Below are positions 36,186 through 44,883 of a stretch of 63,714 bases of DNA, in pieces. The position numbers were made by a program, and so were the translations under genes. The stretch comes from Actinomycetes bacterium (lineage in GTDB: Bacteria > Actinomycetota > Acidimicrobiia > Acidimicrobiales > Palsa-688). The DNA is taken from positions 1-63,714 of the forward strand of contig JAJYMM010000097.1 in the NCBI GenBank assembly GCA_021787035.1, in the 5' to 3' direction. Below the pieces are notes generated by a model that was given only the letters and a program-made list of their open reading frames with translations, was not told where the DNA came from and did not search any database. Each line of letters opens with the position of its first letter. Position 1 is the stretch's first letter.

Positions 36186-37301
36186 ATGCCACAACTATTG
36201 ACGGGCACGACGGTGATCGCCGCCTTTTTCGCCGGTGTGGTGGCGCTTTTCGCGCCTTGCTGCATCTCTGTGATGTTGCCCGCCTATCTCGCCACCGGGG
36301 TGCAGCGCCGGAGCGGCCTCGTGGCGATGACGTTCGTCTTCGCAGCTGGTGTGGCGACGGTCATCCTGCCGATCGCCTTCGGCGTCACCGCCCTCAGCCG
36401 TTTGATAAACGAGTACCACCCGATCGTGTACACCGTCATGGCCGTCGTCATGGCCGCCCTGGGGACCTTCATGCTGCTCGGACATCGTGTCTCCATGCCG
36501 ATGCCCGGGTTCCGGGCGCGACAGGGCCAAGGCGCGGGGCGCGCTTACGTGCTCGGTGTCTTCTCGGGAGTGGCCACGGCATGCTGCGCGCCCGTGCTGG
36601 CCGGCGCTATCGTCCTGGCCGGCGCCAGTGCCAACTTCGTCACCTCCCTCGGGGTGGGCGCGGCCTACGTCTTCGGGATGGTGGCGCCGCTATTTGTCGT
36701 CGCGCTGGCCTGGGACGGGCGCAAGCTCGGCCAGGCCCGCTGGTTGCGAGCCAAGGCGGTAAAGCTCTCGATCTTCGGCCGGGCCCGCTACGTCCCTGTG
36801 ACAAACCTGGCGGGGGGCCTGCTGCTCGTCGCCATAGCAGTCATTACCGGTATAACCGCAGTCACCGGGCCGGCCAGCCCCACCAGCGGCTGGCAGCTGC
36901 GGATGGCCACCACCCTCCAACACACGGCCCATGTCCTCACGACGGGTGCCGGCCACGTCCCCGGCTGGGTGACGGCGCTAGGCCTCTTAGCCGTGCTCGC
37001 CTTGCTGGCCCGCATGGCCGTGCACCAAGCCGCGGCTCGCGCGCCCAGGGGACCAGAAGCAGACGAGAGGGCAGAAGCAGACGAGAGGGCAGAAGCAGAC
37101 GAGAGGGCAGAAGCAGACGAGAGGGCAGAAGCAGACGAGAGGGCAGAAGCAGACGAGAGGGCAGAAGCAGACGCCGAGCCCCCAGCCGGAGCCGCACCTC
37201 ATCGGGTCGCAGGCCACGGCTGCTGTGCCCACGATGCTGCCACGACCGGCAGCGCTGTGCTCACCTCCGCTCCTACCGCCACGCCCGTCTCGCGTTCATA
37301 A
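36186..37301 (+). CDS. CcdA/DsbD_2-family transmembrane thiol-disulfide transporter with a C-terminal (AEADER)6 tail
   Basis: TM1 reads FAPCCISVMLP and TM4 reads ACCAPVLAG. The C-terminal tail carries HGCCAHD. Confidence 0.7.
   Translation: MPQLLTGTTVIAAFFAGVVALFAPCCISVMLPAYLATGVQRRSGLVAMTFVFAAGVATVILPIAFGVTALSRLINEYHPIVYTVMAVVMAALGTFMLLGHRVSMPMPGFRARQGQGAGRAYVLGVFSGVATACCAPVLAGAIVLAGASANFVTSLGVGAAYVFGMVAPLFVVALAWDGRKLGQARWLRAKAVKLSIFGRARYVPVTNLAGGLLLVAIAVITGITAVTGPASPTSGWQLRMATTLQHTAHVLTTGAGHVPGWVTALGLLAVLALLARMAVHQAAARAPRGPEADERAEADERAEADERAEADERAEADERAEADERAEADAEPPAGAAPHRVAGHGCCAHDAATTGSAVLTSAPTATPVSRS
37062..37175. repeat. 18-bp tandem repeat x6 (GCAGAAGCAGACGAGAGG)
   Basis: Direct reading. 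It encodes the in-frame sequence (AEADER)6. Confidence 0.9.
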
Positions 37302-37313
37302 GGAGGACGACCG

Positions 37314-38060
37314 ATGACCACAAGAGTCCCGACCCGCCCCAGGCCCGGCGCGCCCAAGGTGCCCCGCCCTACGCGTCCGAGCGAAGGGCGACCGGCGGGG
37401 GGCAGCAACTCCGCCCGCCGCCGAGCCGCGCAGGCCCGCGTCGCGCGCCAACGAAAGATCTGGGCGACCGGCGCGGTTGCTGTGCTGGCGGCCGTGGTCG
37501 GCCTCTACGTTGCTACCAACGGCGGAGCGAAAAAGGGCACGGGCTCGTACCCCTACGCGGTCGGCCAGCCCGGACCGGGACAAAAGGCACCTGACTTCAC
37601 CCTGGCGTCCACGACAGGAGGTAGCTGGAGCCTCGCCGCCCAAAAGGGCAAGACCGTACTTCTTTTCTTCCAAGAAGGCGTTGACTGCGAGCCGTGCTGG
37701 ACACAGATAAAGGACATGGAGTCCGACTGGAGGAGCTTCCGGGCTCTCGGCATAAACGAGATGGTCAGCATAACCACAGACCCGCTCTATGCCCTCAAGC
37801 AAAAGGTGGCAGACGAAGGCATAACCACCCCCCTCCTAGCCGACCCGAACGTGTCGGTATCCAACGCGTACGGCATGACTTCTTACGCGATGGCAGGGAT
37901 GGCCAACCAGGACGGGCACAGTTTTGTGGTCGTCGGCCCCAACGGGCTGATCAAATGGCGGGCCGACTACGGCGGGGCGCCAGATTACACGATGTATGTC
38001 CCGGACTCAGATCTGGTCGCTCAGATGAAGGCTGGCGGCACCGGGGGCACGGCGTTGTGA
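37314..38060 (+). CDS. membrane-anchored TlpA/ResA-like thioredoxin-fold redoxin
   Basis: Motifs KAPDFTL...GKTVLLFFQEGVDCEPCW. Arg/Pro-rich N-terminus followed by a TM. Confidence 0.75.
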   Translation: MTTRVPTRPRPGAPKVPRPTRPSEGRPAGGSNSARRRAAQARVARQRKIWATGAVAVLAAVVGLYVATNGGAKKGTGSYPYAVGQPGPGQKAPDFTLASTTGGSWSLAAQKGKTVLLFFQEGVDCEPCWTQIKDMESDWRSFRALGINEMVSITTDPLYALKQKVADEGITTPLLADPNVSVSNAYGMTSYAMAGMANQDGHSFVVVGPNGLIKWRADYGGAPDYTMYVPDSDLVAQMKAGGTGGTAL

Positions 38061-38326
38061 CAATTCAGGTCACCGTGCTCAGCGCGCCACATTGCGAGCT
38101 GTGCGAGCACGCGAAAAAGGTGCTCGCAGAGGTATCAGCCGATTACGACATCGAGATCTCGGTCATCTCCGACGAAAGCGAGGAGGGCCGCGCCCTCATG
38201 ATGGAGCACATGGTCGCTTTCCCACCCGGCGTGCTGCTCGACGGCAACCTCTTTTCCTTCGGCAGGCTCTCGGAGCGCAGGCTCCGCCGGCAACTGGAGC
38301 ACTCCGGCGCCTCCAGGTCCCCCTGA
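38057..38326 (+). CDS. glutaredoxin-like / thioredoxin-family small protein (CxxC)
   Basis: GTG start in a GTGA overlap with the tlpA stop. Sequence VTVLSAPHCELCEHAK. It is 89 aa. Confidence 0.55.
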   Translation: MTIQVTVLSAPHCELCEHAKKVLAEVSADYDIEISVISDESEEGRALMMEHMVAFPPGVLLDGNLFSFGRLSERRLRRQLEHSGASRSP

Positions 38327-38499
38327 AAGGCGCTCGAGGTGGAGCCAAGGCGGGGGGGCTGGCCCCTGCCAGGGGTTCGGACGAGGACGAGGGCCAAGCG
38401 CCGCCTGTTGACGGAGCGCCAGAGCCGGCCTGCCGACCTGGTCGTGGTCTCAATTTGGCGTTGCCGGTGCCGAAGGGGCCCCAACGCACGAGTAGGATC

Positions 38500-38600
38500 C
38501 CCTGCGGGCCGTTACTGGCGCTTACGTGGTAACCACGAGGGAGCGGCCCGCCGGCACGGCCTGCCCGCCGGCCAAGCCGCACGCCTGGGCGTCCCGAGCA
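38500..38600 (+). ncRNA. putative ZTP (pfl-motif) riboswitch in the glyA leader
   Basis: GGGCCGUUACUGGCG at 38506-38520 against consensus GGGUCGUGACUGGCG. The downstream pseudoknot element CGCCUGGGCG lies at 38582-38591, about 45 nt before the glyA ATG. glyA is a classic ZTP regulon member. Confidence 0.5.
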
Positions 38601-38635
38601 GACTACGACCGCACGACCGCGACCAGGAGGACGCC

Positions 38636-40171
38636 ATGTCACAAGCCAGCAACGCTCAGACCTCAACGAACGCCGTTTCGGATGGAGGCGCAGCAGCTAC
38701 GGGCGAAAGCGAGGCGATCGCCGCCAACACCCGAGGCCCCTGGCCTGCCACAGCAACAGCGACTGCCATTGCCTACACCAACGCGCTCGAGGTCATAGCT
38801 GCCACGGAGCCCGACGTCGCGGCAGCCATCAGAGGCGAGCTCGAGAACCAGCGCCGTCAGCTGAAGCTCATTGCCTCAGAGAACTACGCCTCGCCTGCGG
38901 TCCTGCTCGCCATGGGCAACTGGCTCTCAGACAAGTACGCAGAGGGCACGCCCGGGCACCGCATGTACGCCGGCTGCGAGATGGTCGACCGAGTCGAGAC
39001 GCTGGCGGCAGGCCATGCTATTGCCCTCTTTGGCGCTGAGCACGCCTACGTCCAGCCCCATTCGGGCATCGACGCCAACCTCGTCGCCTACTGGGCGATC
39101 CTTGCCAAACGAGTGGAAGCGCCCGCTTTGGAGGAGGCCGGCGCCAAGCACGTGAACGACCTGCCTGCTGACGCCTGGGACCACCTCCGCCACTCTTTCA
39201 ACGAGCAACGGATGCTTGGCATGTCATTGGACGCCGGCGGCCACCTGACCCACGGGTTCCGCCCGAACATCTCGGGCAAGCTGTTCAACCAGGCGAGCTA
39301 CGGCGTCGACCCCGAGAGCGGCCTGATCGACTACGACGCCCTCGCCCGACAGGCGCGCGAGTGGCGCCCGCTCGTGCTGGTCGGCGGTTACTCGGCATAC
39401 CCCCGCAACCCCAACTTCGCTCTCATGGCCGAGATCGCCGAAGAAGTGGGCGCTACCTTCATGGTCGACATGGCCCACTTCGCGGGCCTGGTGGCCGGCA
39501 AGGTGCTGACAGGCGACTTCGACCCCGTCCCGCACGCTGGCGTCGTCACCTCGACCACCCACAAGTCGCTCCGCGGGCCGAGGGGCGGGTTGGTGCTCTG
39601 CAAAGGCGAGTACGCGCCCTTCGTCGACAAGGGCTGCCCCATGGTGCTCGGCGGCCCGCTTCCCCACGTGATGGCGGCCAAGGCGGTGGCGCTGGCTGAA
39701 GCTCGCCGGTCTTCGTTCGCCGATTACGCGGCAGCGATAGTCGCCAACGCCCGCGCCCTCGCCGAGGGCTTTTCGCGCCGCGGGGTCAAGCTCGTCACGG
39801 GCGGCACGGACAACCACATAGTCCTGATGAACGTCGAGGCGAGCTTCGGGCTAACGGGCCGCCAGGCGGAGTCGGCGCTCCTCGACTCCGGCGTTGTCAC
39901 CAACCGCAACTCCGTTCCCTCTGACCCAAACGGAGCGTGGTACACCTCCGGCGTAAGGATGGGCACGCCGGCTCTCACCACGCTCGGCTTCGGCGCGGAC
40001 GAGCTCGACGAGGTGGCTGACGTCATCGCGGAAGCCCTCCGGGCGACCCAACCCGCCTCGGGGACCTCGAAGGCCAAGTACATGATCGACGCCAAGGTGG
40101 CAGAGCGCTGCCGGGGGCGCTGCACCGACCTCCTCGCGGCCCACCCCCTTTACCCTGAGATCGAGCTCTAG
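38636..40171 (+). CDS. glyA: serine hydroxymethyltransferase
   Basis: PLP motifs are present (ASENY...[12 protein letters not shown]). The ATG at 38636 follows a CCAGGAGGA SD. The 5' 99 codons of ORF 38339..40171 are leader. Confidence 0.9.
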   Translation: MSQASNAQTSTNAVSDGGAAATGESEAIAANTRGPWPATATATAIAYTNALEVIAATEPDVAAAIRGELENQRRQLKLIASENYASPAVLLAMGNWLSDKYAEGTPGHRMYAGCEMVDRVETLAAGHAIALFGAEHAYVQPHSGIDANLVAYWAILAKRVEAPALEEAGAKHVNDLPADAWDHLRHSFNEQRMLGMSLDAGGHLTHGFRPNISGKLFNQASYGVDPESGLIDYDALARQAREWRPLVLVGGYSAYPRNPNFALMAEIAEEVGATFMVDMAHFAGLVAGKVLTGDFDPVPHAGVVTSTTHKSLRGPRGGLVLCKGEYAPFVDKGCPMVLGGPLPHVMAAKAVALAEARRSSFADYAAAIVANARALAEGFSRRGVKLVTGGTDNHIVLMNVEASFGLTGRQAESALLDSGVVTNRNSVPSDPNGAWYTSGVRMGTPALTTLGFGADELDEVADVIAEALRATQPASGTSKAKYMIDAKVAERCRGRCTDLLAAHPLYPEIEL

Positions 40172-40179
40172 GGCGAACG

Positions 40180-40236
40180 CAGGGCGCAAGGCAGCGTTTT
40201 GAGACGAGACGGGCGACCTTCGCCTTGGCGCCCTGC
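40180..40236 (+). terminator. GC-rich imperfect inverted repeat (GCAGGGCGCAAGGC...GCCTTGGCGCCCTGC) after glyA
   Basis: Direct reading. There is no clear U-tract, so intrinsic-terminator status is uncertain. Confidence 0.3.
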
Positions 40237-40330
40237 GGGCAACGGCTCCGCCCCGGCCTCAGTGGGGCCCCGGTGAACCTCGGTGACAAGGGGGTGAAGG
40301 TCCGGCCTCAGCACTAGGCTGGCCGCCGTA

Positions 40331-40924
40331 ATGGCCGAGCACTACTTCTCGAGCGCGCCGGCCGTCGCCTCCGACCCGGCCATGGTGGAGCTCCGCCTGC
40401 CGGGTCTCGAGCTCAGCCTGCTCGCGGACCGGGGCGTATTTTCTTCCCGCCGGGTCGACCCAGGCACCTTTGCCTTGTTGCGGGAGTCGCCGGCGCCTCC
40501 CGTTGCGGGTCAGTTGCTCGACCTCGGGTGCGGTTACGGGCCGATCGCCTGCGTGCTGGCAACGCGTTCGCCCGACGCCACGGTCTGGGCCGTCGATGTC
40601 AACTCCCGTGCCCTCGAGCTGGCAGCGTCCAACGCGGAGCGCCTGGGCCTCCATAACGTGAGGGCGGCACCCCCCGGCGAGGTACCCGAGACCTTGCGCT
40701 TCGACGGCATATGGTCCAACCCACCGGTCCGCGTCGGCAAGGACGCGCTCCATGACCTGCTTGGCACCTGGCTCCCCCGCCTCGCCGGCAGTTCGAGCGC
40801 CTGGCTGGTGGCCAACAAACACCTGGGCGGGGACTCCCTGGCGACCTGGCTCACCGGGCAGGGCTGGACCGTGCGCAGGGCCGCCTCCAAGTCCGGCTAC
40901 CGCGTATTGCAGGTAACTCGGTGA
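40331..40924 (+). CDS. class I SAM-dependent methyltransferase, small-domain (RsmC/RlmG-like)
   Basis: Motifs LLDLGCGYGPI...DVN...NPP. Confidence 0.7.
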   Translation: MAEHYFSSAPAVASDPAMVELRLPGLELSLLADRGVFSSRRVDPGTFALLRESPAPPVAGQLLDLGCGYGPIACVLATRSPDATVWAVDVNSRALELAASNAERLGLHNVRAAPPGEVPETLRFDGIWSNPPVRVGKDALHDLLGTWLPRLAGSSSAWLVANKHLGGDSLATWLTGQGWTVRRAASKSGYRVLQVTR

Positions 40925-40927
40925 GAC

Positions 40928-40975
40928 GTGGCACCACGAAGGGTGGCCCCACGAAGGGTGGCCCCACGGAGGTCA
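40928..40975. repeat. 15-bp tandem repeat x~3 (ACGAAGGGTGGCCCC)
   Basis: Direct reading; intergenic. Confidence 0.85.
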
Positions 40976-41039
40976 GGCAACGTGCTGCCCACATGCCGCG
41001 TTCCTTCGCGGACGGCCTTCGCCCCCTCGGGTCCGCCAC

Positions 41040-41567
41040 GTGAAGCAGCTCGGCCAGACTGACCGTAAGCGCCTCTACAGGGACTGGGCGCGACGCTCAT
41101 CAGGGCGCTTGGCGTTGCTCCTCGACGGCGTCGCCTCACCTTGGAACGTGGGGTCAATCGTGCGCACCGCAGCCGCGTTCAAAGTCGAGCACCTTTACCT
41201 GGCCGGGGCCACCGTTTCCCCGGGATCGGCGCGCGCGGCCAAGACTGCCATGGGCACCGAGCGCTACCTGTCCTGGTCCCATTTCGAGCGCGGACCGGAG
41301 GCAGCGGACGCCGCTCGAGAGGACGGCTTCTGCGTGGTCGGGCTCGAACTGGCGGACCAAGCCGTGCCGCTCCACCACCTGTCTGTCGGGCGCGACGCCT
41401 GCCTGGTGCTCGGGAACGAGGACCACGGCCTCTCCAGCGCAACCCTGGCGGCCTGTGACGCCGTTGCCTTCCTCCCTCAGCTCGGACGGGTCGGGAGCCT
41501 AAACGTCGCAGCCGCCGCCGCGATCGCCATATTCGAGCTGCGAAGGCGCGAGTGGTCGGGAGCATAG
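41040..41567 (+). CDS. SpoU/TrmH-family RNA 2'-O-methyltransferase
   Basis: SPOUT motifs are present (NVGSI.RTA...LVLGNEDHGLS...LPQLGRVGSLNVAAAAAIA). Confidence 0.75.
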   Translation: MKQLGQTDRKRLYRDWARRSSGRLALLLDGVASPWNVGSIVRTAAAFKVEHLYLAGATVSPGSARAAKTAMGTERYLSWSHFERGPEAADAAREDGFCVVGLELADQAVPLHHLSVGRDACLVLGNEDHGLSSATLAACDAVAFLPQLGRVGSLNVAAAAAIAIFELRRREWSGA

Positions 41568-42160
41568 GAAACTCGAGGCACGCCGGGTTGGCGCGCGCCG
41601 TGGCCTTGGGAGCCGCTTGCGTGCTCGCCTCGGAGGCTGCCCATTGGTGGGCCTCCAGGCGCCACTTCCCGCCAACCGAGAACGTCGGGGGCCCCTGTGC
41701 CCTTATCGTGCTCGGCTACCCGCCGCGCACCAATGGTGGGCTCCACCCGGTCCAGAAGTGGCGAACGCAACTGGCCGCCCGTGCACGAGACGCGCTCGGG
41801 GCCGAGAAATTGGTGTTCTCGGGCGCGCCCTCTGGCGGGCGCCCGGCTGAGGCCGACGTGATGGCCGCTTACGCCAAGAGCATCGGGGTCCCGCCAGAAG
41901 CTCTGGCCACCGAGACGCGTGCGACTACTACGTGGGAAAACGTGGCCTTTTCCCGAGCTCTCGTGGGCGGCTACAAGAGGCTGGGCATCGTGTCGGACCC
42001 CCTCCACGCAGCCCGCGCCCGCCGCTACCTCTGGCAGCAATCCCCCGAGCTCGCCGCGCGTCTCGTGAGCGCCGGCGAGTACCGGTTTATGGACCACTTT
42101 TGGCTGAAAATGTTCTCGACCGGCTACGAACTATACCTGGCGGTCTCCGCCAGGACCTGA
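41552..42160 (+). CDS. YdcF/DUF218 (ElyC/SanA) family protein
   Basis: Motifs LIVLGYPP...KLVFSGA...EADVMAAYA...TTTWENV. Confidence 0.65.
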   Translation: MVGSIGNSRHAGLARAVALGAACVLASEAAHWWASRRHFPPTENVGGPCALIVLGYPPRTNGGLHPVQKWRTQLAARARDALGAEKLVFSGAPSGGRPAEADVMAAYAKSIGVPPEALATETRATTTWENVAFSRALVGGYKRLGIVSDPLHAARARRYLWQQSPELAARLVSAGEYRFMDHFWLKMFSTGYELYLAVSART

Positions 42161-42162
42161 AC

Positions 42163-44043
42163 ATGGCAGCGGGCGCACTCGTTCACGACGAGACCTGCGA
42201 CGGGGGCGCTGGCGGGGCACAGGGATCCCCACCCCCGCAACCTCGCCCGCGCCTGGTGGCCACAAAAGCCGGGAAATGGCCAGCTTCATTACATGCCTGC
42301 ACGCTGCTCGCATCGCTCGCCTTTTGGTCTTGGACCGACAGGGCGCTGTGGTTCTTCGGTGACGAATGGGACTTCTTGGTAAGGCGCGGCCTCTCCTTTC
42401 CCCCGGGCAGCCCTCGGAGCATCTGGTACCCCCACAACGAGCACTGGTCAACACTGCCGATCCTGCTCTGGCGCGCGCTCTACAGCATCTTCCACCTGAA
42501 CAGCTACTGGCCGTACCTGGCCCCGCTCCTTCTCGCAGGCACGGTCGTCGCCCACCTGAGCTGGAGGCTGGCCCTGCGGGCCGGGGCCGACCCCTGGGTT
42601 GCGACTTTTGCAGCCGGGCTCTTGGCTTTCCTTGGAGCGGGCGCGTCCGACATGACCTCTGCCTTCCAGGTGACGTTCGTGGGTTCCGTGCTCTTCGGGC
42701 TGCTGTCAATGTTGCTCCTCGACCCCGCGACGCCACCGAAGGGGCGGACCGACTTTAGGGCGAGAGATGCCATCGCCTCCCTTTCACTGCTCGGCGCGCT
42801 CATGTGCTCGACGGTGGGTGACGCCATGGTTGCCGGCACGGCCCTCCTCCTCTTCGCGAGAAGACCGTGGCGCCGGGCACTCGCAGTCCTTGCGCTACCC
42901 GTGGTTTCGTACGCGATCTGGTTTGCCTTCTTGGGCCGCCCCTCGATTAGCGCGCCAAGGGCCCATTTTGGGCTTAGGACCTTCACGACGCTGCCCTCAT
43001 ACGTGCTCTTCGGCCTAGCCGGAGCCATCGGGCAAAGTGCCGACGACACCAAGGCGGGCGTCGTCGTCTTGACCTGCCTGGCAGCATGGGCCGCCTGGCA
43101 GCTCCGCTCGCTCTGGCAGCACTCACCCGGCATACTCGGCCTCTGCGCCGCGGCTGTCGCTTTTTACGTCATGGCCGCAGCTGGCCGCGACCAGACGGCC
43201 GGAGCGTTCACGGTCGTGTCCCGCTACGTGTGGGTCGCGATGGCCATACTCGTCCCCGTCATCGCGAAGGCCCTTTCCCCACGGTCATTCGGCGCAGGTG
43301 GCCCGGCGTTTCGCGTCCCAGTTTGCGCTCTATTGACGGCCGCAACGCTCGGCAACCTCGGCCAGGCCAGCCGATGGGCGACCGCCCAGGCAGGGGAACG
43401 GACCACGCTCGAACACCAGCTCGTCGCCGTCGGTCGACTTCTCGGCGCCGGCGTGCACGACGTGTCGGGGCCACGCACGTCACCAATCCAGCTCTACCCC
43501 GCCTTGGCGGTCGCGAGCATCGAGCACCTCGAACACGCCCACCTCTTGCCGGCGGGCGAGCCACGCCCCCTCGTGACCTCCCAAGCACGCGAGCTGCTGG
43601 CTCTGGGCACGTGGGACGGGACCAAGACGTCGCTCACGGCGAGGCGCCTTTACCTCGGGAGCTTCACCCTACTTCGAGCCATGAGCGCCGTCGTCTCGCC
43701 CGCCGGCGCCGGCTGCATCTCCTTCGCGCCCAAGTTTCCCTTGCCGCGGGTACAAATCTGGTTGATGGCGCCCCGCTCCGGGGGCGCATCGCTCGAGCTG
43801 GCCGCTCCTCCCGCCTCGCAGGGGCTCACCAATTTCGTGGCTGCGACCCTCGTGCCAACGTCGGGGCGCGCGCCGGCGCCGGTGGAGCTGGCCGTGCCGG
43901 TTTCAGGCCGCGGTTACCTGAGCGACAACGCCGCCGCCACCCTTGTCGAGCTCTCCTGGCGCGTCGGAACGCCCCTCCTGGCCTGCGGGTTGCGGGCCCC
44001 AGGCAGGGACAGCCACCAGCTCGGGACGTCACAACGCCCCTAG
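42163..44043 (+). CDS. large polytopic membrane protein (>=12 TMS), possibly a GT-C-type glycosyltransferase
   Basis: ATG at 42163 immediately after the ydcF stop. The first loop contains FFGDEWDF. The last 20 codons lie inside a 65-bp tandem repeat. Confidence 0.5.
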   Translation: MAAGALVHDETCDGGAGGAQGSPPPQPRPRLVATKAGKWPASLHACTLLASLAFWSWTDRALWFFGDEWDFLVRRGLSFPPGSPRSIWYPHNEHWSTLPILLWRALYSIFHLNSYWPYLAPLLLAGTVVAHLSWRLALRAGADPWVATFAAGLLAFLGAGASDMTSAFQVTFVGSVLFGLLSMLLLDPATPPKGRTDFRARDAIASLSLLGALMCSTVGDAMVAGTALLLFARRPWRRALAVLALPVVSYAIWFAFLGRPSISAPRAHFGLRTFTTLPSYVLFGLAGAIGQSADDTKAGVVVLTCLAAWAAWQLRSLWQHSPGILGLCAAAVAFYVMAAAGRDQTAGAFTVVSRYVWVAMAILVPVIAKALSPRSFGAGGPAFRVPVCALLTAATLGNLGQASRWATAQAGERTTLEHQLVAVGRLLGAGVHDVSGPRTSPIQLYPALAVASIEHLEHAHLLPAGEPRPLVTSQARELLALGTWDGTKTSLTARRLYLGSFTLLRAMSAVVSPAGAGCISFAPKFPLPRVQIWLMAPRSGGASLELAAPPASQGLTNFVAATLVPTSGRAPAPVELAVPVSGRGYLSDNAAATLVELSWRVGTPLLACGLRAPGRDSHQLGTSQRP

Positions 44044-44155
44044 TGACCTGCGGGTTGAGGGCCCCAGGCACGGACAGCCACCAGCTCGGGACGTCACAAC
44101 GCCCCTAGTGACCTGCGGGTTGAGGGCCCCAGGCAGGGACAGCCACCAGCTAGGG
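43982..44155. repeat. 65-bp tandem repeat x~2.7; each copy carries the TAG stop context
   Basis: Direct reading of CCTGCGGGTTG(C/A)GGGCCCCAGGCA(G/C)GGACAGCCACCAGCTCGGGACGTCACAACGCCCCTAGTGA. Confidence 0.9.
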
Positions 44156-44308
44156 GGCGCCTCTTGGCCTACGCCTGCTTACGCCGGCCTACGCCTGGCA
44201 TAAGCCGAGCCGGGCCGCCTCAACGCCGAGCGGGCATCGCTCCGCGGCGGCAGTGGCCGGCGGTACTAGCCTCTTGTCAGGACCGAACAACTGACCGAAG
44301 GAGGCAAC

Positions 44309-44818
44309 ATGGTACGCGTACCCAAGTCGCTCGCCGCCGGCTTCGTCGGGGGTGCACTGGTGTTCCTCATGGTTGCGCCCGCCGGTGCTCAGACGACGAG
44401 TGCCTGCAGCCAAATCGAGGCGACCTTGAGCAGCATCCAAAAGCAGCTCCCCCAGGCGAGCAGCTCGTCCCTTGCTAGCAAGCTCGGCGGGTTCGCCACC
44501 CAGCTAGAGACCGAAGCCGCGAGCGCCCAACCGAGCGTGAAGAGCGCCGTGGGCGCTTTCGTAGGCGACCTGAAGGCCGCAGCCAGCGGGAACATCAATG
44601 TAGCGAAGCTCTCTGCCGATGCCAACGCCATCGGCAGCGCTTGCACTTCCTCTGCCGCGGTTCCTGCCCCGAGCGGCGCCCCCCAGACAGGCGCCGGCAC
44701 GACCGCCGGGTTCCAAGACGCAGGCGTGCTTTACGGAGGGGCGAGCGCGATGGTCGTGGGCGGGGGCCTCGTTGCTCTCGGGTGGCGCCGGCGGCGCCGG
44801 GCACAGGCGACCTCCTAG
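44309..44818 (+). CDS. secreted protein with a C-terminal cell-wall-sorting-like signal (APQTG + TM + RRRRR)
   Basis: Signal peptide. The C-terminus reads GAPQTGAG...VVGGGLVALGWRRRRRAQ. A GAAGGAGG SD precedes the start. It is adjacent to a sortase gene. Confidence 0.6.
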   Translation: MVRVPKSLAAGFVGGALVFLMVAPAGAQTTSACSQIEATLSSIQKQLPQASSSSLASKLGGFATQLETEAASAQPSVKSAVGAFVGDLKAAASGNINVAKLSADANAIGSACTSSAAVPAPSGAPQTGAGTTAGFQDAGVLYGGASAMVVGGGLVALGWRRRRRAQATS

Positions 44819-44883
44819 AAGCCGGCGGACCGGGGAACGACCATCACCAGGCCGGTCTACCTGAGACAGGAGCGAAGCCGCTG

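Noticed and set aside
36098-37594. 498-aa Arg-rich ORF
   Set aside because: It is an alternate frame of the ccdA-like and tlpA-like genes. Composition (Arg/Pro/Gly) is typical of off-frame high-GC ORFs.
38339-38635. 5' extension of glyA
   Set aside because: It contains riboswitch-like elements. A strong SD precedes the ATG at 38636, and SHMT homology starts there.
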